DNA from: a virus
Taxonomy: Duplodnaviria > Caudoviricetes
Reading direction: 5' to 3' (one strand)
DNA: 39,388 nt
Virus record (IMG/VR): IMGVR_UViG_3300037657_000017
Span: 1 to 39,388 of that record
The position numbers and the translations under genes were made by a program. How positions within the stretch are numbered: position 1 is the stretch's first letter; every line of letters begins with the position of its first letter. Shown here in pieces: positions 14,944 to 23,688 of the stretch. Under the pieces are notes generated by a model. That model worked only from the letters and a program-made list of their open reading frames with translations, did no database searches and had not been told where the DNA came from.

Positions 14944-17061
14944 ATGGACTTCACAACGAGATTACGGGCGGCATTACGCCTCTTCAAGACCGGAAGCGCC
15001 GACATCGGCAATGCCGCAACGTTCGGCTATACGCCTGATGAGTACCAGCCTGCCGAGTATGTCACCTATCTGGCGACATCGAATGCGGTCTATACATGTG
15101 CGCGCCTGCGTGCTGACGCGCTGGCCAGTCTGCCCATGCGCCTGTATCGCGGCGTGGGCGACAAGCGCACCGAGGTCACGGCGGGCGCGCTCTACAAGCT
15201 GCTGCACATGGTCAACCCGCATTGGACGATGCAACGCCTGACCGCCATGCACGAATACAGCATGTGCTCATGGGGCGAAGATTACTGGTTCTTAGAGCGC
15301 GGCATGAGCGGCAAGCAGCCGCCGCGTGAAATCTGGTGGGGGCGCGCTGATCGCGTGACCGTCTACCCGCACCCGACCGAGTACATTGCAGGCTATGGCT
15401 ACCTTCCGGCAGACGGGCAGCAGGAGATACCGTACACACCCGACGAGGTGATCGCCTTCCGCAACCCGAACCCGGCCAATCAATATCGTGGCCTGTCATC
15501 GTTGGCAGCAGCCCGGCTATCGGCAGACACGGCAAGCGCGGCGATGAAGAGCAACCGGGCCATCTTCGCCAACGGCGTGCAGATGGGCGGCATGATCAGC
15601 CCCAAGAGCGGTCAGACGTTTACGGCGGAGCAGGCCAAAGACCTGGAGACCGACATCGCCCGGCGTTTCAAGGGCGCCGACAAGGCACACAAGATTGGCG
15701 TGTTCCGCTTTGAGGCTGAGCTAAAGTCTGTCGGTATCACGCCCAAAGATGCGGAGTTCCTGGGCATGTTGCGCTGGACATTGGAAGACGTGTGCCGGGC
15801 CTATGGTGTGCCGCTTGACCTGGTGGGCGGGCAGCGCACCTACGAGAACACGAACGCCGCCATGCTCGCGCTGTGGACGCAGACGGTCATACCAGCCAAG
15901 CGCCTGCTCGAGCAGGAATTGACCGAGCAGCTACTCCCGATGTTCCCTGGCCAGGCGGACAGCATCGAGCTTGACACGTCTGATGTCGCCGTGCTGAAAG
16001 ACGACGACGCGGCGGCCTGGGTCATGGCGCAGGGGCAGATTGACCGGGGCGCGATCACGATCAACGAATGGCGCGAGAAGCAGGGGATGACGCCGGTTGC
16101 ATGGGGGAATGTGTTCTGGGCGTCGAGTGCCATGACGCCGGTCGAGAATGGCGACAAGCCAGAGCCGCCACCTGCGCCGGTTGTTGTTGCGCCTAAGGAA
16201 GAAACCGAAGAAACCGAAGAAACCGAAGAAACTGTTTCTTCGGAGGAAAGTAAGCAGCCCGAACGCATGGCGCGCATGATTGACTACGCCTACGGCAGCG
16301 AGCTACACCGGCTCTATTGGCTCAACTTCACACGGTCAACCGACTCTTGGGAGAAGCGACTCACGCCAGTGGTGCAAGAGCTATTCCGCCGGCAACGACT
16401 GAGCGTGCTTGACCGCCTACGGGGTAGGTCCATGCGCTCGCCTGCTGACGTGGCCGATGACCCGTTTGACAAGGCGACGTGGGTCAAGCGCTTCCGTGAG
16501 GCCGTCAAGGTTGTCATTGCGGCGATCATCGAAGACGCGGGCGAGTCGGCGCTGAAGGCGTTGGCGCTGAGTATGGGCTTCGATGTGCACGACCCACGCG
16601 TCGACGCCTTCCTACTGGCCAGGGCGCAGCGCTTCGCAGAGCACGTCAACGATACGACATACGAGGCATTGCAGAAGTCGCTCATCGAAGGCATCAATGC
16701 GGGCGAGGATATTCCGACGCTAGCCGCACGTGTTGACGCCGTGATGCACGACAGAATAAAGAGCACGCCGGAAGCCATCGCACGCACCGAGGTGATTGGG
16801 GCGTATAACGGTGGGACATTGCAGGCATGGAAGCAGTCAGGCGTCGTGACAAAGAAGACATGGCTGGCTGCCATTGATGGGCGGCAACGGGATACACACG
16901 AAGAGGCGCACAACGAATACCAGGCGCATCCAATACCCATTGAGAATGATTTTGTCGTGGGCGGCTTCTCCGGCCCGTGTCCCGGCTCAATGGGCGACGC
17001 GGGGGAAGACATCAACTGTCGCTGCACCATGACGGCAGTTATCGACGTGCTGGATAAGTAG
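14944..17061 (+). CDS. HK97-family portal protein fused to a C-terminal MuF (Mu gpF) minor head domain
   Basis: Portal motifs (GLSSLAAA, CRAYGVP, TINEWRE); acidic linker; IARTEV...KKTW...R..H...INCRC MuF signature. Confidence 0.92.
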   Translation: MDFTTRLRAALRLFKTGSADIGNAATFGYTPDEYQPAEYVTYLATSNAVYTCARLRADALASLPMRLYRGVGDKRTEVTAGALYKLLHMVNPHWTMQRLTAMHEYSMCSWGEDYWFLERGMSGKQPPREIWWGRADRVTVYPHPTEYIAGYGYLPADGQQEIPYTPDEVIAFRNPNPANQYRGLSSLAAARLSADTASAAMKSNRAIFANGVQMGGMISPKSGQTFTAEQAKDLETDIARRFKGADKAHKIGVFRFEAELKSVGITPKDAEFLGMLRWTLEDVCRAYGVPLDLVGGQRTYENTNAAMLALWTQTVIPAKRLLEQELTEQLLPMFPGQADSIELDTSDVAVLKDDDAAAWVMAQGQIDRGAITINEWREKQGMTPVAWGNVFWASSAMTPVENGDKPEPPPAPVVVAPKEETEETEETEETVSSEESKQPERMARMIDYAYGSELHRLYWLNFTRSTDSWEKRLTPVVQELFRRQRLSVLDRLRGRSMRSPADVADDPFDKATWVKRFREAVKVVIAAIIEDAGESALKALALSMGFDVHDPRVDAFLLARAQRFAEHVNDTTYEALQKSLIEGINAGEDIPTLAARVDAVMHDRIKSTPEAIARTEVIGAYNGGTLQAWKQSGVVTKKTWLAAIDGRQRDTHEEAHNEYQAHPIPIENDFVVGGFSGPCPGSMGDAGEDINCRCTMTAVIDVLDK
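16198..16243 (+). repeat. Tandem 9-bp repeat (GAAGAAACC x4) followed by one inverted copy
   Basis: Encodes EETEETEETEET in the portal-MuF linker; GTTTCTTCGG (16234-16243) is the reverse complement of the unit. Confidence 0.9.
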
Positions 17062-17071
17062 GGGGTACACC

Positions 17072-17836
17072 ATGATTCAATTCATTCGAGCGTTCGCACA
17101 GAAGCCGACAGAGCAGGATACGCCGGATGCGCCAATCCGCTTCATTGCATCGACCGAGGGCGTCAAGAGTGACGGCGTTGACCTGCGCATGGAGGATTGG
17201 CTGCTTGACCGCTTCTTGCAGCATCCGGTTATCCTCTACGCCCACGACTACAGCGGCAACACGCTGCCGATTGGCACCGGCGCACCCGGCTTTGAGGGGC
17301 GCAACATGGTCATGTCGGTGGCCTTCGATGTTGACGACGAGTTTGCGATGAAAGTCCGCGCCAAGACGATCAAGGGCATGATGGGGGCAAGCGTTGGTTG
17401 GGAGCAGGTTCTCAGAGACGGGAAGCCGAAGAACGAGCTTCTCGAGATGAGCATCGTCCCCATACCCCTTGACCCCGCCGCATTACCGCAGCGAACGCAG
17501 CGTGCTATGGCCGATCTTGGCCGGCAGCTTGCCCAGATCGCCGGTGATGATAGCCCCGACTTCTGGCAGACGGGCGACATGGCAGACATCGACAAGCGGA
17601 TCGGCGCGGTGCTGAGTGCGCGCAACCTCGCCGACCTGGAGCAAGCAATCAGCCTTATCCAGACAGTCATCGAGCGCGCAAAGAAGCAAGAAGACAAAGC
17701 AGAGGACAAGCCTGAACCGGAACGCCTTGCCCATGTGGTCATGGATGGTGAGGAAAAAGATGTTCCCTACACCACTATTGACTTGACGGGCGTGGCGCGG
17801 GAATGGGCCGAATCTCTGACACGCATGGGGGTGTAG
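17072..17836 (+). CDS. HK97-type prohead protease
   Basis: ILYAHDY (His), ASVGW (Ser), ELLEMSIVPIP motifs; between portal and capsid. Confidence 0.88.
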   Translation: MIQFIRAFAQKPTEQDTPDAPIRFIASTEGVKSDGVDLRMEDWLLDRFLQHPVILYAHDYSGNTLPIGTGAPGFEGRNMVMSVAFDVDDEFAMKVRAKTIKGMMGASVGWEQVLRDGKPKNELLEMSIVPIPLDPAALPQRTQRAMADLGRQLAQIAGDDSPDFWQTGDMADIDKRIGAVLSARNLADLEQAISLIQTVIERAKKQEDKAEDKPEPERLAHVVMDGEEKDVPYTTIDLTGVAREWAESLTRMGV

Positions 17837-17837
17837 C

Positions 17838-19286
17838 ATGGACGAGCAACTTCTGAAGGACATCAGCGCCCGTTTGCAGGCGCTTGGTGAGAACGTGAGC
17901 GACGACAAGATTCGCAAGCTGGTCAAGGAGCAGTTTGACACCCTGGCCGCTGATCCCGAATGGAAGCGCAAGATGCGCTTTGGCGCGGAAGACAAGAAGC
18001 TGATCGGCTCGAAGTTCAGCCGTTGGAATCTCAACACCGCTGACATCGAGTTCCTGCACGACATCATGGTCGCTGAGAAAGAGCGCGGCAAGCGCGGGCC
18101 GAGCGAAGACCTGGCCAATGCTTTCAACGCCGTCAGCGAAGCGCAGTATATCCCAGAGGCGCAGATCCGCGAGATGGACAAGACGGCTATCGACAACATG
18201 TTCCCGCGTGTCAACAAGCACAACCGCGCTGAGTACGAGGCGGCTGTGCGCGCGATGGACACCGCCGAGAGTGGCTACGGCTCGCAGTTGATCGGCGCGC
18301 AGTACGTGGGCGATATGTGGGAAGCGGCTCGCGCTGAGTCCCGCGTCGCCGGGCTGATCGGTTCCTTCGAGATGACCGCACCGACCGCCTACCTGCCCGT
18401 GGAAGTGGACTTCCCGGCCATGACGTTTGTGGCTGAGAACACCGACGCCGACGCGACCTACCTCACGCCGTATGCGACCGTCAAGACCGGCAGCAACCGC
18501 GTGACCGTCACAGCAAAGAAGTTCGTGATCCGCCAGGCGTGGAGTGGCGAGATGGAAGAGGACAGCATTATCCCGTTTATCCCCTTCCTGCGCCGCCAGG
18601 CTGCTCTCTCGCTGGCCTTCTACCAGGACGCGCTCGCCCTCAACGGCGACACGACCGTGACCACAGGTATCAATGACGCCAATCTGACCGTGGGCGCGAC
18701 GCACTACTCCGGCGCTCTGGACGGTATCAGGCACGTCGGTCTGGTTGACAACACCGGCAACAAAGCATCCGCCGCCAACACGCCGCCATCGCTCGTGCTC
18801 TTCAAGGCGATCTATGGCCGCATGATTGACGCGACCTACATGCACGACTGGGGCCATCCCAACAACCCGAAAGACCTCGTGCACATCGTTGACCCGTACA
18901 CCGCTGACGAGCTGGTTTTGATTGACGAACTGATGACCAAAGACAAGGCGGGCGACGAAGCAAGCGCCTTCACCGGCCAGGTCACAAAGATCATGGGCCA
19001 CCCTGTCATTTCCAGCATTGCCCTGCGCAAGACGGACGCGACCGGCTACATGGACACTGGCGCAACATCGAATGAGGATTACGGCTCAGTCGTGACCTTC
19101 AACCGCAATGGCCTGAAATGGGGCTGGCGTCGGCGCATCAAGATCGAAACAGAGCGCCGCCCTGGCGTTGACCAGACCTTCATTACGTCCAGCCTGCGCC
19201 TGGGCCTGGGCCGCTTCACACCGACCGGCGCAGCCAGCGGCATGGAATGGGCTGATGTCCTGTACTACCTGAACATTGGTGCGTAA
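17838..19286 (+). CDS. Major capsid protein (HK97 fold) with N-terminal scaffold-like domain
   Basis: Position; FVAE, SGEMEEDS, ALNGD, IMGHPV motifs; 482 aa. Confidence 0.92.
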   Translation: MDEQLLKDISARLQALGENVSDDKIRKLVKEQFDTLAADPEWKRKMRFGAEDKKLIGSKFSRWNLNTADIEFLHDIMVAEKERGKRGPSEDLANAFNAVSEAQYIPEAQIREMDKTAIDNMFPRVNKHNRAEYEAAVRAMDTAESGYGSQLIGAQYVGDMWEAARAESRVAGLIGSFEMTAPTAYLPVEVDFPAMTFVAENTDADATYLTPYATVKTGSNRVTVTAKKFVIRQAWSGEMEEDSIIPFIPFLRRQAALSLAFYQDALALNGDTTVTTGINDANLTVGATHYSGALDGIRHVGLVDNTGNKASAANTPPSLVLFKAIYGRMIDATYMHDWGHPNNPKDLVHIVDPYTADELVLIDELMTKDKAGDEASAFTGQVTKIMGHPVISSIALRKTDATGYMDTGATSNEDYGSVVTFNRNGLKWGWRRRIKIETERRPGVDQTFITSSLRLGLGRFTPTGAASGMEWADVLYYLNIGA

Positions 19287-19297
19287 CGCAATCTGAT

Positions 19298-19328
19298 GGC
19301 GGGGAGCTAACCCCTCCCCGCCTATCTT
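19298..19328 (+). terminator. Hairpin or weak terminator after the capsid gene
   Basis: GGCGGGGAG/CTCCCCGCC 9-bp stem followed by TATCTT. Confidence 0.55.
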
Positions 19329-19340
19329 GGAGGCAACACA

Positions 19341-19766
19341 ATGCAAATCAATCGCGTACTTTCCGCATGGCAGCTTGTCCCGCTGTACTTTGCACAGGAC
19401 GCTGTCGCCGCGTCACAGACCGCCGTCGCTCTCAAGACGACCGACGCCAACAACTCCGTTGCGCTCAATGTCTACTACACTATGCCGTTTGCAGGCGAGA
19501 TCATCGGCGTTAGCTCCAACCTGGACACGGCAGGCACAGCAGGCTCGTTGACCATCAATCCCAACCTCTCCGGCACAGCCGTTTCCGATCCTGAGATCGC
19601 CATGACCACCCTGGCCTATGGCAGCGACGCGTGCAAGCGCGGCGCGAACGCCTTTGCCAAGAATGCGCTCGTTGGCTGCAAGATCACGACCAGCGCCGAT
19701 TGGGACGGCACAAGCGCAGACTTGCAGGTTATCGTCTGGGTGCTGCTCAACGTTTCAGGCATCTAA
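19341..19766 (+). CDS. Probable capsid decoration/cement protein
   Basis: Immediately after MCP; beta-rich; MPFAGEI pattern. Confidence 0.55.
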   Translation: MQINRVLSAWQLVPLYFAQDAVAASQTAVALKTTDANNSVALNVYYTMPFAGEIIGVSSNLDTAGTAGSLTINPNLSGTAVSDPEIAMTTLAYGSDACKRGANAFAKNALVGCKITTSADWDGTSADLQVIVWVLLNVSGI

Positions 19767-19829
19767 GCAACACAGATAGATGCACCAACTCACGGCCCGA
19801 AGCCGTGTAGACACATTTGGAGGACGACA

Positions 19830-20501
19830 ATGACCACGCTTTATGAAGTTCGCCAGGATTCCCTGCTGTCGCTGGGCGACGGCAACACACCGCCGAATCC
19901 CCTGTTGCGCATGGGCATTCCCGCCTACGCCAGCAAGTGGGACCTGTTCGCCCTGGGCGGGCGCATGTTCAACCTGAAGCAGACGACCATCGGCACCGTC
20001 TTGAGCGGCGCGACCGCTGACAACGGCGGCATCGTGCTGACTGTTCCCTGGGTGCAGTTCAGCGTCCCGACCGGCACGACCGTCTTCCCGCACCGCCTCA
20101 ACCTGTCTCTGGAAACAGCAGCTGGCACACTCAACGAAATCGCCTGGGTCTACACCCAGACGGACAGCTATACATCCGGCGGCACAGCCTTGACTCCGCT
20201 CAACTGGAAGTCGGGCGGCGCGTCGAGCGCCTGCACCTCGGCTGTCGTTGGACCATCCGGCGGCGTCATCACCGAGGCGGCCATGGTGGGCGTGCGCGCT
20301 CTGTATCAGGACGTTGTGCCTGCGGCCTTCGCAGCCAACGCCACAGACCAGTACACCATCAACTACGTCATCGACGACCTGGTGCCCGTCATCGGCCCGG
20401 CGTCCGTGATCCTGTTCCTCACCGGCGCATCGACCACACCCAGCGGCTTCTTCACGCTTGACTGGGCTGAGGTCGACACCGTGAACGTGAAAGCAGGCTA
20501 G
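19830..20501 (+). CDS. Putative structural protein (beta-rich)
   Basis: GGAGG RBS; Gly/Thr/Ala-rich; head module. Confidence 0.6.
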   Translation: MTTLYEVRQDSLLSLGDGNTPPNPLLRMGIPAYASKWDLFALGGRMFNLKQTTIGTVLSGATADNGGIVLTVPWVQFSVPTGTTVFPHRLNLSLETAAGTLNEIAWVYTQTDSYTSGGTALTPLNWKSGGASSACTSAVVGPSGGVITEAAMVGVRALYQDVVPAAFAANATDQYTINYVIDDLVPVIGPASVILFLTGASTTPSGFFTLDWAEVDTVNVKAG

Positions 20502-20511
20502 CAGTAGCAAC

Positions 20512-20537
20512 GGGGAGGCGGGGCGACTCGCCTCCCC
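20512..20537 (+). other. GNRA-capped stable hairpin (mRNA stability or attenuation element)
   Basis: 11-bp stem, GCGA loop, no U tract. Confidence 0.5.
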
Positions 20538-20549
20538 ACAAAGGACAAC

Positions 20550-20750
20550 ATGGCACGGTACATGGTCACACGGGCGTGCGAGATAGACGGCAACCTGTAC
20601 GTGAAAGGCGATGTCGTCATCATCGAGCACACACAGCACGCGGCAAACATATCCAGCATGAGCGAAGGGCTGCTTATGCCGCTTGACGAACGCGCACCAG
20701 ACAAGCCGGAACATGATCGCATGGTCAAGGCCACGAAACACAAGAGGTAG
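20550..20750 (+). CDS. Small head-associated protein
   Basis: AGGA RBS; YVKGDVV...DRMVK pattern of small post-capsid ORFs. Confidence 0.6.
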   Translation: MARYMVTRACEIDGNLYVKGDVVIIEHTQHAANISSMSEGLLMPLDERAPDKPEHDRMVKATKHKR

Positions 20751-20753
20751 GCA

Positions 20754-21359
20754 ATGGCAACACACGGCTATATCACCCTATCGGAGTTGCGCGGCGAGAT
20801 CGGCATCACCGTCGCCAGTGACACGACAGACGACGCCCGGCTTGAGGCGGCGATCGAAGCCGCGTCACGCGCCATTGACAACGAGACGGGGCGGCACTTC
20901 TACCTGGACGCTACAGCATCGGCGCGCTACTACACGGCGGAAGACGGCGACTACCTGCGCGTTGACGACATCGGCACAGCGACCGGGCTGATTGTGCAGA
21001 CCGACGACGACGACGACCGCGACTATGACTATACCTGGGCGTCAACGGACTACGACACCGAGCCGGAGAACGCCATCGCTGACAGCAGGCCGATCACGGC
21101 GCTACGCATCACGCCGCTGGGCCAGTACGTCTTCCCGCGCAATCGCCGGGGCTGCAAGATCACGGCAAAGTGGGGCTGGCCTGCTATTCCTGACGTGATC
21201 CGCACGGCGACGATGATCGAGGCCTTCCGGCTCTACAAGCGCCGTGATGCGCCGTTCGGCGTCATGGGGAGCGTGGAAACCGGGCAGATGACCATACCGG
21301 CGCTTGACCCGGATGTGAAGCGGCTGATTGCACCGTACCGCAAGATGGGGGTAGGCTGA
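20754..21359 (+). CDS. Head-tail connector (HK97 gp6 / SPP1 gp15-like adaptor)
   Basis: YITLSELR...IEAASRAIDNETGRHF...WGWPAIPDVIRTA...DPDVKRLIAPYR. Confidence 0.85.
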   Translation: MATHGYITLSELRGEIGITVASDTTDDARLEAAIEAASRAIDNETGRHFYLDATASARYYTAEDGDYLRVDDIGTATGLIVQTDDDDDRDYDYTWASTDYDTEPENAIADSRPITALRITPLGQYVFPRNRRGCKITAKWGWPAIPDVIRTATMIEAFRLYKRRDAPFGVMGSVETGQMTIPALDPDVKRLIAPYRKMGVG

Positions 21360-21481
21360 TGGCTGGAATGCCAATTGTTATTACCATGTTGTCACACCAA
21401 GAATGGTCACTGATCGGGTCAATTATCGTACTTGTGGCCTGCATCTGGATGCTTAGGGGCGTACTGACGGGGAGACTCTGA
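21359..21481 (+). CDS. Small single-TM protein (40 aa)
   Basis: TGATG coupling at both ends; WSLIGSIIVLVACIWML. Confidence 0.5.
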   Translation: MAGMPIVITMLSHQEWSLIGSIIVLVACIWMLRGVLTGRL

Positions 21482-21864
21482 TGGCCGGCGGCGTCGAGGT
21501 CGAGATTGTCGGCCTTGCGGCGGTGCTGGATAAGCTCAAGCCGTCGCTCTACGCCGTACCATTGCGGCGCTTCTGGGAGCGGGCCAGCATCACCGTGCAG
21601 AGCAACGCACGCAAGCGGCCACGAATGCCGGTTGACACGGGGCGGCTCACGAACAGCATAGCCTATGAGATCGACGGCGCAAGCCCGCCGCAATATGCCA
21701 AAGTCGGCACAGACGTGTTCTATGCGCCATTCCAGGAGTTCGGCACAAGCCGGGGCGTTCCTGCCCGCATGTTCCTGCAAGGCGGCTTTGAGGATTCATC
21801 GGGCAGCATCAACACGTTCGTTGGCGTGCTGGGCGACGAGATTGCGCAGAATTGGGGGAAGTGA
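21481..21864 (+). CDS. HK97 gp10-family tail completion protein
   Basis: PVDTGRLTNSI...YAPFQEFGT...PARMFL. Confidence 0.9.
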   Translation: MAGGVEVEIVGLAAVLDKLKPSLYAVPLRRFWERASITVQSNARKRPRMPVDTGRLTNSIAYEIDGASPPQYAKVGTDVFYAPFQEFGTSRGVPARMFLQGGFEDSSGSINTFVGVLGDEIAQNWGK

Positions 21865-22280
21865 TGGCAGTACAGGCAGCGATTACCGCGCTACAGGCGT
21901 TGGTGCTCAACGTGACGGGGATCCGCGAAGCCCCGGCGTATTCGACCGAAGCACCGACTATCTTTCCCTGCTCGGTCTGCCTGCCCTATGAAGGCGACAT
22001 GACCGGCATGGGCGGAACGTGGCGCAAGAACGTTGACACCGTGACGCTGGATATTCACGTGGCCCGGCGTGACCTGAAGTGGGACATTCGCACCTTGACG
22101 CCATACGTGGACAGTATCAGCAACATGCTTGCAGCCAATCCGACAATCAGCGCCAGCGTGGATACGATCGTCTACCCCGTCCCCTGGCGCCTGATGGTCA
22201 TGGATTGGGCGGCGGGCAACGTCAAGACGATTTGCATTCGCTTCTTGGTGACATTCAAGCATCAGACAGTGTGCACATAG
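21864..22280 (+). CDS. Tail terminator-like protein
   Basis: Position after gp10; ~138 aa. Confidence 0.65.
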   Translation: MAVQAAITALQALVLNVTGIREAPAYSTEAPTIFPCSVCLPYEGDMTGMGGTWRKNVDTVTLDIHVARRDLKWDIRTLTPYVDSISNMLAANPTISASVDTIVYPVPWRLMVMDWAAGNVKTICIRFLVTFKHQTVCT

Positions 22281-22288
22281 GGGAGGAC

Positions 22289-22972
22289 ATGAACATCAAG
22301 CCTCTGCTCGGCTTCCCGGTCGAGCGCACAGGCACGGTCAACGGGGAGACGCTGCAAGCAATGGCGCGCATATGGGCGCAGGGCTGGCCGCAAGTCTGGA
22401 CTGATTACGGACGCATCGACCTGACCCGCTGTAGGATGGCCCAAGAGCTACTCAAGAGCGATTGCACGCATCTGATTATGCTCGACGCTGACCACATTCA
22501 CCCGCCGGAAGTGGTGCACAAGCTCCTACGTTGGGCGGTCAAAGACAGAGACAAGTACCAGGTTGTGGGGGGCTTGAATTACCGGCGTGGCGAGCCGTAC
22601 GAGGCGCTGGCCTTCCTGAGAGATGAGAATCGCAACTACTACACCTATGAGGATTGGCCGCCGGGCCTGCACCAGGTGGCGGCGCTGGGCACGGGGAGCA
22701 TCTGCATTGATCGGCGGGTCTTCGAGGCCATCCCTGCACCGTGGTTTGCCTACTCCTACCCGCAGAAGTACACGGACGATGGCAGCTTTGGATGGCCCAC
22801 GGAGGATACGTACTTTGCACAGAAATGCGAGGAGTGCGGTATTCAGCAGTGGGTTGACACAACGGTCACAAGCCCGCACGCAAAATGGGTGTATGTGGAT
22901 AAAGCATACGGCGACGAACACAGGACTAAGACGCATTCTCCACAATCGAATGACATGACGGGCAGTAAGTGA
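22289..22972 (+). CDS. GT-A fold (GT2-like) glycosyltransferase
   Basis: THLIMLDAD (DxD), GTGSICIDRRVFE, TEDTYFAQKC motifs; GGAGG RBS. Confidence 0.85.
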   Translation: MNIKPLLGFPVERTGTVNGETLQAMARIWAQGWPQVWTDYGRIDLTRCRMAQELLKSDCTHLIMLDADHIHPPEVVHKLLRWAVKDRDKYQVVGGLNYRRGEPYEALAFLRDENRNYYTYEDWPPGLHQVAALGTGSICIDRRVFEAIPAPWFAYSYPQKYTDDGSFGWPTEDTYFAQKCEECGIQQWVDTTVTSPHAKWVYVDKAYGDEHRTKTHSPQSNDMTGSK

Positions 22973-23540
22973 TGAGGTTCGTCAGGGCGTTGGCTGCATC
23001 GTAGTCTTCGCCAAAGGAAAGCAGCGGGCGAATATGGTGAATGTGAAGTTGTGCGTCTAGCTGCTGCTGAGTGATGCCGCAACGCTGACATGTATGGTTA
23101 TCGCGATCGAGTACAAGAGCGCGCTGGTCGCGCCAGTGCGGGGCATAGTATGGTGGGTATCCGCCTTTCCATCGGGGGTGATCGGGGCCGACACGGTGGG
23201 AAGATTGCCATTGACCCGTGCACACCAGAGAGCAAAAGACGTGTTTTGGCGTGCGCTTACCGGAGTTCATACACTTGCGGGTGATTGGGCCGCCACACTG
23301 AGCACACCGGGGACGGTGCTCTGCACGCTGGTGCTCAGCATCACGCCATCTGTGAAGGCCGGAACAGTGGCCGGAGCAGGTAGTGGTGGGGTGGCTTCTA
23401 GAGGTAGTGAATTGCTTATGACAGACGGGGCACGTTTGGGTAATTGTGCGGCAAGCGGAGCAATACTTACACCCGTTGTGGCTATTGGTGAACGAAGCGC
23501 CGCACTGGGCGCAAATAACAGGCACTGTGCGTCGTGGCAT
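22926..23540 (-). CDS. HNH endonuclease with N-terminal Zn-finger repeats (mobile homing-type)
   Basis: Three CxxC...CS repeats; HPRWKGG; RDNHTCQRCG...HIHHIRP...NLITYCPSCH. Confidence 0.92.
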   Translation of the reverse strand: MPRRTVPVICAQCGASFTNSHNGCKYCSACRTITQTCPVCHKQFTTSRSHPTTTCSGHCSGLHRWRDAEHQRAEHRPRCAQCGGPITRKCMNSGKRTPKHVFCSLVCTGQWQSSHRVGPDHPRWKGGYPPYYAPHWRDQRALVLDRDNHTCQRCGITQQQLDAQLHIHHIRPLLSFGEDYDAANALTNLITYCPSCHSIVENAS

Positions 23541-23643
23541 TATGTCTCTCCCGTGTGAGATTGTTGTCCCGTGGCGTGTGTGTGGACCTCATCACGGGAA
23601 TGAGTGTCAGCGGTTCATGAGGCCGCTCTAGGTCCACAGACAC
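23541..23643 (-). ncRNA. Cloverleaf-like structured leader of the HNH gene (C4-antisense-RNA-like architecture)
   Basis: Closing stem GTGGACC/GGTCCAC, hairpins AGCGG/CCGCT and CTCAT/ATGAG; loop UCCCGUG complementary to two downstream CACGGGA sites. Confidence 0.7.
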
Positions 23644-23644
23644 A

Positions 23645-23673
23645 AGTATAGCGTTTCTTGACACAATAGTCAA
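23645..23673 (-). promoter_or_regulatory. Sigma70 promoter of the HNH cassette
   Basis: Minus strand TTGACT, 17 bp, TATACT. Confidence 0.8.
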
Positions 23674-23688
23674 GTGGAGGGTAATACG

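Noticed and set aside
16242-16270. Internal RBS giving a separate MuF protein
   Set aside because: GGAGG lies ~20 nt from the next in-frame ATG, too far for a normal SD
17775-19001. Long antisense ORFs (also 23482-24528, 19755-20765, 26029-26865)
   Set aside because: Shadow frames expected opposite high-GC3 genes; no motifs or RBS
22926-23643. IscB/HEARO (OMEGA) RNA-guided nuclease
   Set aside because: Protein has no PLMP or RuvC motifs and the leader is only ~100 nt
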